Assembly: GCF_006345805.1 (NCBI RefSeq)
Contig: NC_043005.1
Coordinates: 18,972,001 to 19,036,000, forward strand
Length of the DNA stretch: 64,000 bases
Reading direction: 5' to 3'
DNA from: Octopus sinensis
Lineage: Eukaryota
The notes below the pieces were generated by a model. The model saw only the letters and a list, made by a program, of their open reading frames with translations. It was not told the DNA's origin and did no database searches. Positions 27,943 to 40,503 of the stretch are shown in pieces (the stretch's first letter is position 1; each line of letters starts with the position of its first letter). Position numbers and translations under genes: made by a program.

Positions 27943-28625
27943 GCAATCTACTGGAAATATATATATATATATATATATATATATTTCCAGTAGATTTCCT
28001 GACCACTGAGAAAACTTTCCTTTGGCTTAAACTTCCTCTGCATACATATATGCGTTCTAGTGTGTAAACATAACCGCGAAGTTGTATGACATTCGATGTG
28101 CATTTGCGCGCGCATCCTTGTCTCTGCTCATGATTACATCAATCTATTTATATTTATGTATGTATGAGAGTGTAAATGGATCTACTTCTCTGTATCTATA
28201 TATTGTATTTATATATCACTGCCTATATCTTCACCTGTGTGTACTTATATTAGTGTATATCATATATTGTATATATCTGTCTTTATCTTCGCTGTAATCA
28301 GAGTAATTATGTATGCAATTAAATACATGCACCCACGCGCAATTAAATACATGCACCCACGCGCATACACACATATACGCGAACACACACACACACACAC
28401 AAATGTATATTGATCAAAACAGTTCGATTCAAATTCGTTGGTACTCCGATTTTCAAGCGTGATGCTAGTCTTCAACCATTTTGAATTTGAATGAAAGAAC
28501 TTGATTGTGTGTGTTTGCATGGATGTGTGTGTGTTTGTGTATATGTGTATATGCGTGTGTCTGCATGCATTTAATTGCATACATTATTACGCACACACAC
28601 CCACGTGTGTGTGTGTGTGTGTCTG

Positions 28626-28910
28626 TGTGAAGGCGCATAGCTTAATTGATAGAGCGTCGGGCTCACAATAATGAGGTTGTGAGTTCGATTCCTGGACCGG
28701 GCTGTGGGTTGTATGCTTGTGTTCTTGGCTAAGGTACTTTCTTTCACGTTGCATTCAGCTGCAGAAATGTTGTGACATCACTGGTGCCAAGCTGTAACAA
28801 CCTTCGCCATTCCCTTGGATAACATTGGTAACATGGAGAGGGAGGATGGTATACATGTATGACTTTTGGTCTTCAATAAACAACCTTGCCCGTACTTGTG
28901 CCTTCGGGGT
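28626..28910 (+). mobile_element. SINE, head C + tail 3
   Basis: TGTGAAGGCGCATAGC...GAGTTCGATTCCTGGACCGGGC head. Confidence 0.85.
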
Positions 28911-28920
28911 GGGGTGTATG

Positions 28921-28976
<56 letters not shown>

Positions 28977-28991
28977 TATGTATATAATACT

Positions 28992-29041
<50 letters not shown>

Positions 29042-29231
29042 ATGTGTGCGTGTGTATTTATACATATGAATATATATATTATATATTATATATAATATAT
29101 ATATATAATATATATTATATAATATATATACATGTATATATATATATGTTTTATATATATATATATATATATATTTCGTTGGGATTTGGTTTGCAAGATT
29201 CTTTATATGAGTTCGTGTGTTGAAGCATATT

Positions 29232-29626
<395 letters not shown>

Positions 29627-29742
29627 GCATATATATATATCCGTTATATGAAGGGTGAAATTAATTTTTGGAAAAATTATCAATTACACCAAGTAGTCTT
29701 CGGCATGTAAAAGCCTCATTCGAGGAAAATTTAAGTAATACT

Positions 29743-30159
29743 AAGCAATAAGGGTTTAGCAACGAGTTGCCTTACCACATACCGAATTTAGAAATAGCAG
29801 TCAAAGGTATAGCTATTTCTTCTACTAAAAAGGGAGATCTCAGTAAAAACAGCATTTGAAGGCAGACACAAAACAGTAAGAGAGAATGAATTGACTGCAA
29901 TCTATCATACATTTTTTTAGTTATCCACGGACGTACGTTCGAAATCAAGTTTGATTTCGAAACGTACGTCCGTGGATAACTAAAAAATGTATGATAGATT
30001 GCAGTCAATTCATTCTCTCTTACTGTTTGTGTCTGCCTTCCAAATGCTGTTTTTACTGAGATCTCCCTTTTTAGTAGAAGAAATAGCTATAACCCTTTGG
30101 GCTGCTATTTCTAAATTCGGTATGTGGTAAGGCAACTCGTTGCTAAACCCTTATTGCTT
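29743..30159. repeat. Near-perfect 417-bp palindrome with a 2-nt loop
   Basis: Arms about 207 bp; apex GAAATCAA-GT-TTGATTTC at 29941-29958. Confidence 0.93.
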
Positions 30160-30197
<38 letters not shown>

Positions 30198-30235
30198 GTA
30201 TGTATATGTATATATATATATGTATATATATATGG

Positions 30236-30267
<32 letters not shown>

Positions 30268-30271
<4 letters not shown>

Positions 30272-31245
30272 ACCTTCGCTGATGATTCCAAGCTCCAGAA
30301 GGTCTCATCAATGGCGTGGATGACCGAATAAACCTTCAGTCAGACCTACTGGCTGTTGTCCAATGGGCGGAAAAGAATAACCTGGGCTAAATGAAGACAA
30401 TTCGAACTGATCCACTTTGGTAGGGAGGACGCTCTGAACCTCCCATACTCTCTTCCTTCTGAAGAAATTCTCATGGCATCCAACAACATCAAGACTTGGG
30501 AGTAAGTGGACAACAACATAAGCTGGGCTACACATATAAGCAGCAAAGTTGACATGGTCCGCAGAATGTGTTCCTGGATTCTCAGAACCTTCCAGTCGAG
30601 AGATTCCACGCTATTATCTTTCTCTTCTCCACTTTTGCCCGACCCACCTTGAATACTGCTGTCCACTGTAGTCTCCCTACACAAAACAAAATATTATGAG
30701 AATTGAAGCTCCCCAAAGGTCAATCACAAAAAAGATAGATGGCATGTCAGACTTTGACTACTGGGGTAGACTAGAGAAGCTGAAATTGTATTCACTCCAA
30801 CGACGGCCGTGAACGCACATTATCTGTATGATGTGGAAAATATTCCATCAGCACTGTCCGAATGATATTGCATCACCTTCAAAATACATCCAAGGCTTGG
30901 ACCACGTGCCATCCGTCCACAACAAAAATCTAAATCGCATCACATAACGACAATACGGCACAACTATTTCACTTCAATTGGACCCGCTCTCTTCAACATT
31001 ACACCAGGTCACGTCAAAAAAGAAACTGACCACACAAAATTCAAGAAGTCTTTGCACAAATTCCTTCAAACAGTACCGGACAAACCACCCACACCCGGAT
31101 ATGTCTCCGCAAACAATAACTCTCTGCTCGAATGGGCCTTGGTGCCCAAATCCTGAACTGAAAGACTTCGCCAGGTGGTGCTATTAAGTTAGACATGGCC
31201 TGGGCCAATACTGGCCAAAACCTTTCTAAGTTATTCTAAGTTATT
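30268..31245 (+). mobile_element. 5'-truncated second copy of the 18322-21758 CR1-like LINE
   Basis: Starts at RTFADDSK; colinear to the same CTAAGTTATT tail; (TA)n on both sides. Confidence 0.93.
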
Positions 31246-31536
31246 TTATATATATATATATATATATATATTTAAATAATGAGGGAGATAAATTAATATT
31301 AATTTTAATATCAATTTAAAACCAGTAGTCCAGCATACAAAAATCTGAGAAGTCAGAGAAAATTCTAATATATGTGTATATTGACAGGGCTTACTGCTTG
31401 GGAGTCGGCCGTATGCTAGAAATAGACCATCAACGATCAAACTACAAGGAAATTCTCTAGGGGAAAAATACAGCGAACACCAGAACCAACTTTGGCGGGC
31501 ATGACAGATGAAAATTTATATAAAAAACAGAATTAA

Positions 31537-31610
31537 ATGCATACCTCGGTTTCAGCCTTTAACAAGAGAATTAATTACGCAATTCAAATGTCCGTGCTTC
31601 TTCAGTGCAT
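31537..31610 (-). ncRNA. Type-I hammerhead ribozyme motif, canonical core
   Basis: AUGCA-CUGAAGA-AGC(...)GCU-GAAAC-CGAG-GUA-UGCAU. Confidence 0.8.
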
Positions 31611-31726
31611 CCGTTCACGGATGCACTGAAGAGAATTCCCCTAGAGAATTTCCTTGTAGCTTGATCGTTGATGGTCTATTTCTCTCTCTCTTTCTATATA
31701 TATATATATATATATATATATGGTGG

Positions 31727-32062
31727 TGACCCCCTTTGGTCAGACACTGACCGTGGGTTTGCACCTAGAGAGTTACCCTCTGAGGCACAAGTCTGGGCAA
31801 GGTTGTTTTATGGAAGACCAGCAGTCGCCCATGCATACCGGCCTCCACTCTCCACGTCACCGATGTTGTCCAAGGGAAGGGCAAGGGCCGATACAGCTTG
31901 GCACCTGTGACGTCGCAACTCATTTCTACAGCTGAGTGAACTGGAGCAACGTGAAATAAAGTATCTTGCTCAAGAACACAACACGCAGCCCGGTCCGGGA
32001 TTCGAGCTCACAACCTCACGATCGTAAGCTCGATGCTCTAACCACTGAGCCACGCGCCTTCA
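31727..32062 (-). mobile_element. SINE, head C + tail 3, full length
   Basis: TGAAGGCGCGTGGCTCAGTGGTTAGAGC head through GGTCAGTGTCTGACCAAAGGGGGTC tail. Confidence 0.9.
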
Positions 32063-32221
32063 TCCCTTCTGTGTTTCGCCCTTTGTGGGTAGTAAAGAAA
32101 TAGATATGCGTAGTGGTGGTGGCATGGCATCAGTGTGATTGTAGTGGTGGTGGTGGTGATGGTTGTGATGACAGTGCTGGTACATATATATATATACATA
32201 TATATACACACACACACACAC

Positions 32222-32266
<45 letters not shown>

Positions 32267-32460
32267 CACAGAAATTATACTTATATTTAATAAGTATTAT
32301 GCGTAGTTGTATATAATATATATATATATATATATATATTTAAGTAGGTGAATGAATTATCCTATGTTCATCGTCAGCATGGAAAATTCGTTTAACCGAA
32401 ACCTGGGTAGCAAATTCACGTCAGAAAACATTGGGTTGAAGTTTTATAAAATTATTATGG

Positions 32461-32558
32461 TTCCCTTTCTTTCCTGATGAGAAGATTGCATAATACACCG
32501 TTTATTCCTTTGGAATTGAAACATGCTGTCTTCGAAACATGTGTCGAGAGTAAAGGAA
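32461..32558 (+). ncRNA. Type-I hammerhead ribozyme motif, canonical core
   Basis: CUUUC-CUGAUGA-GAAGA(...)UCUUC-GAAAC-AUGU-GUC-GAGAG; stem I extendable; homolog at 41932-42009. Confidence 0.82.
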
Positions 32559-32621
32559 TTTTGTTAACATCTTCGTTCGACTCCATTCTTTCATTTATTC
32601 ATATATATATATATATATATA

Positions 32622-34321
32622 TAGAAAGATGAATAATCTTGTAGTAGATTAATCAAAAGTTTAACCGATACCTTAGTAGCAGAAATTCCAAATATTACTC
32701 CACGGTTAACTCGCATAAAGTTAGGATAGCTTTCTCCAACACTAAAAACCTCGCCCAGATAATCGCCTCCCATAATAATAGGCTACTTACTAAGACCCTA
32801 TCACTTTTTTCCGGAGGCACAGCCTCTTCCGCTCCCGGTTTAATGTTCAGTAGGAATAATTATAGTAGTAATAATGATATGAGAGCCAGTACAGTGACAC
32901 ATAATCTCAGCTCCAGCCAGGGAGTACCCACTAGGGGTATAGTTATAAATAGGGGTGTTGTGGTTGACGGTAACAATGGGAGTAGGGTAGTGAGCCCCAA
33001 TAGCATCCCCAGCATCATTTCCCGCAATAGCAGCACCACGGGCACTAGCAATGACAGCACTCTGATAGATAGTGGAGAATCAGGGGTTATTCCTATAGTT
33101 AATAGTGACGTAGTGGAAAATAGAGTAGTAAGCGGCCTGCAGGTCTCGGAACGATATAGTGACAGGAACGCAGTTCTAATTTCAGAAACTAATCTAGCAG
33201 AATAAGATTCACGTCGGCGAACTCCAAGATCAAAAACGCCGTCTACCAATGCAAGGTTTACACGGACTCAGATGTCTTCACTTATGTAGGGGCCTCATCC
33301 TCAAGATTGTCTTTGCGAGTCTCCAACCATTACGCAACTTTTCGGGACATGAACAAGCGCCAGACCACGAGACTCAGTAAGCTAATATGGCGCGACTGAA
33401 GGATACGAACTTAAGCTACAGGCTGGAATGGTCAATTTTGTCGGTGGCCTCCCATTTGATAGGGGCAGAAGGCAGTGCAAACCTTTGTGTCTCCGAACTC
33501 TTCCATATTTTGTTTGCCAGAGGCCGGATGGTAACGGGCTTTTACAGTCGGCATTTCGATGCCCCCATTGGCGGCGTTACATTATCTGGCTTTTAAATAG
33601 CGTTTATAAATAATACCGGCACCCATAGCCCTTGGTAACAAATTCTGAAATAGCCTTTAAGATATCTACGATTAACCACTGCAAGGGGATTTACTCCTGT
33701 AAGATAAACGGGGCTTGGTTTTTTCACAACGGGGGTTTTCCTTGACAAGGCAGGCTTAGATGAACACACACACACATAAAAACATAATATATATTTTTTT
33801 TCTGCCACCCAACGGTTCTCACTGCAGTAGCCACTGACAGCCGAACGATCAAACGCACACACGTACACAAAAAATGTTTTCTACCCCTACGCCAACACAT
33901 ACATATATAGAACAGTATACACACACACACGTCTCTAAGTAGATTTTTTCTCGCCCCTTATAAAACACCAATATTCCTTAAATAGTCAGAACTTTATTCT
34001 CGGTCACAAAGAACATCTACACACCCTCACCCACATGATGACCGATGCCTGACCCGTTAAATTCTTCAGCCGCCGGTTCTCAACATACACTGATAAACAG
34101 TTTCGCCTGGGCTCTTAGGAGCCTAGTTCGATTTGTTTTTGCTCCGCCTCTGTTCTGTTTTTGTTTTTTCCAACGGATTTCCTATTTTCTTCTGAAGAGA
34201 AGACACAATTGGTCCCATTATTCAATCGGATTTGGTAAATTGTGCCTTTCGAAACACGTGTAGAATGAAATAAAACGATTTCTGTTCAATCTGCGTTCAG
34301 CTCCATTTCTTCAATTCACCA
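32622..34321 (+). mobile_element. 5'-truncated Penelope-like element (post-RT linker, GIY-YIG endonuclease, HHR-bearing 3' repeat)
   Basis: NSHKVRIAFSNTKNLAQIIASHNNRLL at 32708; KNAVYQCKVYTDSDVFTYVGASS...LSKLIW/RLKDTNLSYRLEWSIL...NLCVSELFHI at 33223-33590 (frameshifted); (TA)n on both sides. Confidence 0.85.
34183..34272 (+). ncRNA. Type-I hammerhead motif in the PLE 3' terminal repeat
   Basis: CUGAAGA-GAAG..CACAAUU(...)AAUUGUG..UUUC-GAAAC-ACGU-GUA; palindrome ACACGUGU; stem I interrupted by an internal loop. Confidence 0.78.
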
Positions 34322-34322
34322 A

Positions 34323-34369
<47 letters not shown>

Positions 34370-34415
34370 ATAATTATATATAAATTATATATATATATAT
34401 ATATATAATATATAT

Positions 34416-34456
<41 letters not shown>

Positions 34457-34902
34457 GTATATGTATATGTCTGTATGTTATGTATAAATGTATATACTAC
34501 GCACATATATTGGTGACGTTGTAAAGATTTTATAAAGTTTTGAGAGAATGTGAAATAATTCTTTTGAGAATAATGGTTCTCGAAACTCATGACTTGCAGC
34601 TATAAAAATAGCTTCTAGATATTGCGCTGAAAAATTGTTTTGGATCGAAAAAGTTGAAGACTACCCGTGGGAGAGAAATTCATACATCTTGTAAACAAGA
34701 GATATGTTCTACTATTGGACCAAAGTAATACTTCAAATTTCTCGATCCATTTTAGAAACGACTACTCTTACCAGCGAAGTTGTTGATGCCATAATAATTT
34801 TACAAAACTTCAACCTAATATTTGTTAGGCTATTCTTTATAGCTCTATATGAAATGCTTTTAGGGTATTTTTCTCAAAAAGTATTATATGTATATATATA
34901 TT

Positions 34903-35530
34903 GGCGCAGGCGTGGCTATGTGGTGAGAAGCTTGCTTCCCAACCACATGGTTTCACTGCGTGACACCTTGGGCAAGTGTCTTCTACTATAGCCCAGTGCC
35001 GACCACAACCTTGAGTTGATTTGGTAGGCGGAAACTGAAAGAAGCCCGTCGTGTATGTGTGTGTGTTTATGTGTGTGTGTCTTTGTTTCTGCGTTTGTCT
35101 CCCACCCACCATCCCTTAACAAAGGACATTGGCGTGTTCATGTTCCCGTAACTAAGCGGTTCGGTTATAAAAGCCGATAAATTATTAAGCTTACAACGAG
35201 AAATTATTTACATTATTTACATTTTGACGGATGTTTGCCCTCAATAGCATCGACAAATACCTTAGGAATGAGAACCCGGGTTCGAAATTTCCCCAAGACA
35301 CCTGATGAAGGCTTGGAGGGTATATCAGCTGAAACATTGTGTTAACAACAAACAAGATGAGGACAAATATCCATCAAATGTAAATAATGTAAATAATGTA
35401 CATAATTCTTCATCTTTAAAATATAGAACTGTATTACAAAGAGTAAGTCCTGGGGTCGATTTCTTCGACTAAAAATCTTTTAAGGTGGTGCTGCAACAGG
35501 GCCGCAGTCAAAATAACTGAAACAGGTAAA
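34903..35530 (+). mobile_element. SINE family A interrupted by an approximately 240-bp HHR-bearing insertion (35197-35439)
   Basis: A head at 34903; A tail resumes at 35434; TTACAA duplicated at 35191 and 35434. Confidence 0.8.
35297..35343 (+). ncRNA. Decayed minimal hammerhead motif
   Basis: GACAC-CUGAUGA-A-GGCU(...)AGCU-GAAAC-AUU-GUGUU; ACAU where an ACGU palindrome is expected (CpG-type change). Confidence 0.62.
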
Positions 35531-35709
35531 GGACTATAATATATTAAACTACATAAATATAATATAGACAGGTATTAATTTGGGTTGTACGTGTGTGTAT
35601 GTACATGTATGTGTGTATATATGTGTATATATATATATATGTGTGTGTATATATATATATATATATAGATATATATATATATATATAGATATATATATAT
35701 ATACACACA

Positions 35710-35745
<36 letters not shown>

Positions 35746-36364
35746 TGTATGTATGTATGTATGTATGTATGTATGTATGTATGTGTGTGTGTGTGTATGT
35801 GTGGGTTTGTGTGTATGTATATATGTATTCATGCATGTGCGTAAATGCTGGAAAAGGTGCGATGTCTCAGTATGGATGTTTGCTTCATCAACTTTTATAT
35901 ACAATTGGTTAAGTCGTTCCGACTTGATGATTTCGGATTTCGTGAACAATGCTTTTGCAGCGAATTAGTTTCCAGGAAGCTGACGCAACACAAACCAAAA
36001 CATCCATTACGTCACCAAAGATAGTTTTTAAGCCTTGAACGTAACAACTGTTTAGTGGGAATATCTTACAGTGAACAGAAGTAGGTACAATCAGTAACCA
36101 ACAATAACAGCCGACTACTTGAGAGTAATGGCCAACAAAATAGGGAAACGTAATACCCTGTAGACGTTGGTTGATGAAGTTCCGTTAAGTAGACTCCAGA
36201 GGTAATTTCACCCGACCACATGTGGGCGCATTACGCTGTCCAACACCAGTCTTATCATCTATGAAATAGTACACATCTGATCAACACATGACGTCTATAC
36301 GAATACACCGACCTCAGTCACACCGAGATACGGATGTCCTTCATGTTTCAAGGTGAATTTCTGT

Positions 36365-37018
36365 ACTTAGTTAGTTAGTTAGTTAGTTAATTTGGCTCAA
36401 AAGCAAATAGCAAGGCCATGTAGGGGGACATGGAGTTAAGTACAGGGTGGTGTTCATGTAAAGAGTTCAGGCCACTTGAGGTCAAGGGAGGCTTTGAACA
36501 AATCGGTCGTCGGCATCTTCACCATCTCGTCTGGCAGCTTGTTCCACGGATCCGCAAACCGGACGGAGAAGCTCTCTCCTTCGATTGAGATGAGAATGAA
36601 ATCGTCGCAGGTAGAGCTTTTCGGAATGACACCGCAGCCGACGCTCTGGAGCAGGAGTGAAGAACAGCTCTTTCGAGAGGTTACACTTCCCGATTATGAT
36701 GTGTGTGGGTGAGAATGAGATCACCACGGCGGCGGCGGTTTTTCAAGAGAATAAAGGTCGAGCGTCCTCAGCCTTTCTTCGTAGGACAAATTTTTGAGAC
36801 CATGAACCATGCGGATAGCCAGCTTCTGGACTCTTTCGAGATGCTGTATGTCTTTGAGGAGATAAGGAGAAGAGGCTTGAATCCCATACTCCAATATGGG
36901 TCTCACCAGCGTGACATAGAGTGGTAGGAATATGGCTGCTGTGAGCATTCCGAATGACCGTCGAATCAAGAACAGAATGACGCGTGCTTTTGGATTGAAA
37001 ATTCATTTTGGATGACAC
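36365..37018 (-). mobile_element. 3' fragment of another CR1-like LINE family
   Basis: IRRSFGMLT...LVRPILEYGIQASSPYLLKDIQHLERVQK...LSYEERLRTLDLYSLE; (TAAC)n tail. Confidence 0.9.
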
Positions 37019-37435
37019 CGTGATGGTAGACTTCCATCATCGCTATCATCATTTTAACCGCCATATTCTATCGTGGTAAAGTTTTGAACTTATTATAACG
37101 ATAGAGAATATTGAGACTGACACATACTCAAAATTTATTTCCTTTTATTTTACAATGTTACAGAACGTTTTTATGGTTACGACGATCTGCACGAATTTCC
37201 ACTGCACAGAATATGTACAGTTGCACATGCAACCGGGCATAATTTCCTGTGCAGCGTCGTTCAACCTCTTTCAACCAGCTTGGCTCGAAGCGATTATATA
37301 TATATGTATGTATGTGTGTGCGCTTGTGTATATATATTAATTATTTTTACTTTTATGTTTTGGTTTATGTTTTTCACTGTTTGATTTGCCTAATAGTGGT
37401 TTTCTCTCGAATTTAATTTATATGTAATGTATAAT

Positions 37436-37492
<57 letters not shown>

Positions 37493-37495
37493 TTA

Positions 37496-37528
<33 letters not shown>

Positions 37529-37575
37529 GCATATATATATGTATATATATTATATATAATATATATATATATATT

Positions 37576-37639
<64 letters not shown>

Positions 37640-37758
37640 TTTTTATATATATATATTTTTTATTCAGAAGAATTCCAACTCTGTTTTTATGTTTTATTTA
37701 TATTTTTTATAATATTAATGTAGAATATAGAATATAGATATAATTATATATATGTATA

Positions 37759-39068
37759 CAGGGTGTTTCAAAATATTGGATATTATTTCGCAATCTAATA
37801 ACTTTGCCAATTCTTGTTCAAATGACTTCAGATTTTAACAGCATGTGTAGAAACAGGTTTAAATCTTATTTTTAATGTTTGATGTGCTTATCTTTTCATG
37901 TATAGAAATGGCATTCACAGAAAAGATTTTGTTTGCTGGAGTATGCTCGAACACAGTTGAGCAAGACTGTGCAGCGTGCATTTGTGAGAGAGTTTTCTAA
38001 GAAAACTGCAATGCAGATTTGGACATTGCACAAAAAGTTCAAAGAGCAAAGCTGTCTGTGCAGGGCAAAAGGATCTGGATGACAACTAACATTCGAAAGA
38101 GACGGTCGAGCGGGTTCACCAAAAACTCTTGCGAAGCCCCAAGAAATCCATAAGATGAACAAGTCTGGAGACCCGGATTCATCCAACTCCAGTTTGGCGC
38201 GTCCTGAGAAAACGCTTGCTAATGAAACCCTACAAGCTGCAACTCGTTCAGGCCATGACGGCGGATGACAAGTGACAGCGCAAGCCAACCTGTGTTGGTA
38301 TGAGAAACTTGAAGAAACCGAGTTCAAGGAACGTCTTGTTTTAAGTGATGATGCCACATTTCATACGAATAGGAAAGTCAATAAGCGTAATGTTCGCATT
38401 TGGGGCGAAGAAAATCCCCATTCCACAGTTGAGCATGTGAGGGACTCACCAAAAGGGAATGTGTTCTGCGCCATCTCCAAGAAGCTTCTTCGTGGCCCGT
38501 TTTTCTTTCGGGGAAATGTGACCGGTGAACTGACTAATGGATGAGCTCATTGCAAATGAACATGAAGGCTTCATTTTTCAACAGGGCGAGGGTCCACCTC
38601 ACAGGAAGCTGACTGTGCGGGCTTATCTCAATGCCAATCTGCGAGGGAGACGGGTAGGGCGTGATGGTGAGGAAGACAGCGTGCTGTTGAAATTTCTGCC
38701 ACGTTCATCTGACCTGACACTTTGCGATATTTTTTTTTTGGGGCTATGTGAAGGGGCTGGTCTATATCACACACCTTCCCGTAAACCTAGAGGAACTGGA
38801 GCAGAGAATCACTACCGCACTGGAGACTGTTACCCAAGACATGCTGCAGCGTGTTTAGGAGGAGATGGACTACCGACATGATGTGTGCCGTGCCTCGGGC
38901 GGTGCGCATATTGAACATTTGTGAAATCGTTCATGGAATCCACGTTCCTTTAAATCTCTCATTCAAATTTGAAGGAATGAACCTGGTCAGTTAGATTTGC
39001 TTTGACTATGTAGTTTCTGTGATATTTACATCTCAAATGATATCAAATGTTTTGAACCCCCCTTGGTG
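37759..39068 (+). mobile_element. Degenerate full-length Tc1/mariner transposon (rosa-like)
   Basis: TA|CAGGGTGTTTCAAAATATTGGATAT left TIR; similar right TIR ending at TA 39069-39070; transposase remnant from ATG 37908 (SDDATFH, FQQxxxPPH, PRSSDLTLCD). Confidence 0.85.
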
Positions 39069-39103
39069 TATGTATATATATATATATATATATATAAGAT
39101 GTG

Positions 39104-39150
<47 letters not shown>

Positions 39151-39303
39151 TGGTGTGTGTGTGAATTTTATATATATATCTAAAATGATTAAAATTCTGT
39201 TGAATTAGGTACTAAGCCAGTTCGGTATAGTCCCGCGCAGCTCTCGAAGTTAGGTAACAGCATGGTGTTACTTATTTGCTATAAATACACACACACACAC
39301 ACA

Positions 39304-39337
<34 letters not shown>

Positions 39338-39548
39338 AACAACACACACACACACACACACACACACCACACATATATATACATTAATATAATATATATA
39401 TATATATACACACAAGGGGGTTCAAAACATTTGATATCATTGAGATGTAAATATCACAGAAACTACATAGTCAAAGCAAATCTAACTGACCAGGTTCATT
39501 CCTTCAAATTTGAATGAGAGATTCAAAGGAACGTGGATTCCATGAATG

Positions 39549-39614
<66 letters not shown>

Positions 39615-39659
39615 AAATGAAAGACAGAAGATGGAATATACGAGAATCTATAATAAAAT

Positions 39660-39760
39660 ACGGCAATTGTTTCGACACATCTAGCATCGATTCGTCTTGC
39701 GTGGGACACTCAACAAGTAGTTCACGAGCATCCAGTGGTGCAGATGTATCTCGTCGGGTG
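39660..39760 (-). ncRNA. Degenerate hammerhead-like motif, CCGACGA core variant
   Basis: CCGACGA-GAUACAUCU(...)AGAUGUGUC-GAAAC-AAUU-GCC; 9-bp stem II; GUC changed to GCC; stem I only 2 bp; element flanked by (TA)n. Confidence 0.55.
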
Positions 39761-39949
39761 ATAAATAAATACAACTCGATCACGGATGTCAAAACGAGAA
39801 ATGAACACGCAATCCAGCGAGAAAAGCATTAAAAATAACCGTTAACAGGTATGGATGTATAAACGCCCTCAGACTAGCTGCATGGCGCGAGTACACTCGC
39901 TCATAAAAGCATCCGCAAAAAATGTGAATATACGGACATGTGAGTCTGG

Positions 39950-39980
<31 letters not shown>

Positions 39981-40017
39981 TATATTATATATATATATAT
40001 AGATATATATATATATA

Positions 40018-40061
<44 letters not shown>

Positions 40062-40079
40062 AATATATATATATATATA

Positions 40080-40310
40080 GAAGTGTTCGAAGATTTTCCC
40101 AGGAAACACCGTGAAAATGCATGCACCAGGTTCCGGAGCTGTCTTCAGGCCGTGGTGGAAGGTGAGAGCAACTATTTTAAGTAAACTGTTATCTCCCACC
40201 CATAATCTAATCCATAGGTTTTTATCTTTGAAAATACTTTATTTTGGGAAGTGATATTGTATCTTGCTTCCTTTTATGCAAAGTGTCAAATTAAACCCAA
40301 ACACACTATG
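40080..40310 (+). mobile_element. 3' end of a mariner-like transposon
   Basis: VFEDFP...ACTRFRSCLQAVVEGESNYFK* C-terminus followed by a TIR-like end. Confidence 0.6.
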
Positions 40311-40454
40311 TGCCTATGGTGGGGGACGCGTGTGCATATATACGTGGATGGATATATACACAAAAGTAGGTAGATAGCATTTATATATAAAGAGATATAC
40401 ATACTCACACAAATGCACAGAGACAGACACACAGGCACACAGATAGATAGATAA

Positions 40455-40503
<49 letters not shown>

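Noticed and set aside
35575-35990. Protein-like stretch [23 protein letters not shown]
   Set aside because: In-frame stop just upstream; no splice support; runs into a microsatellite
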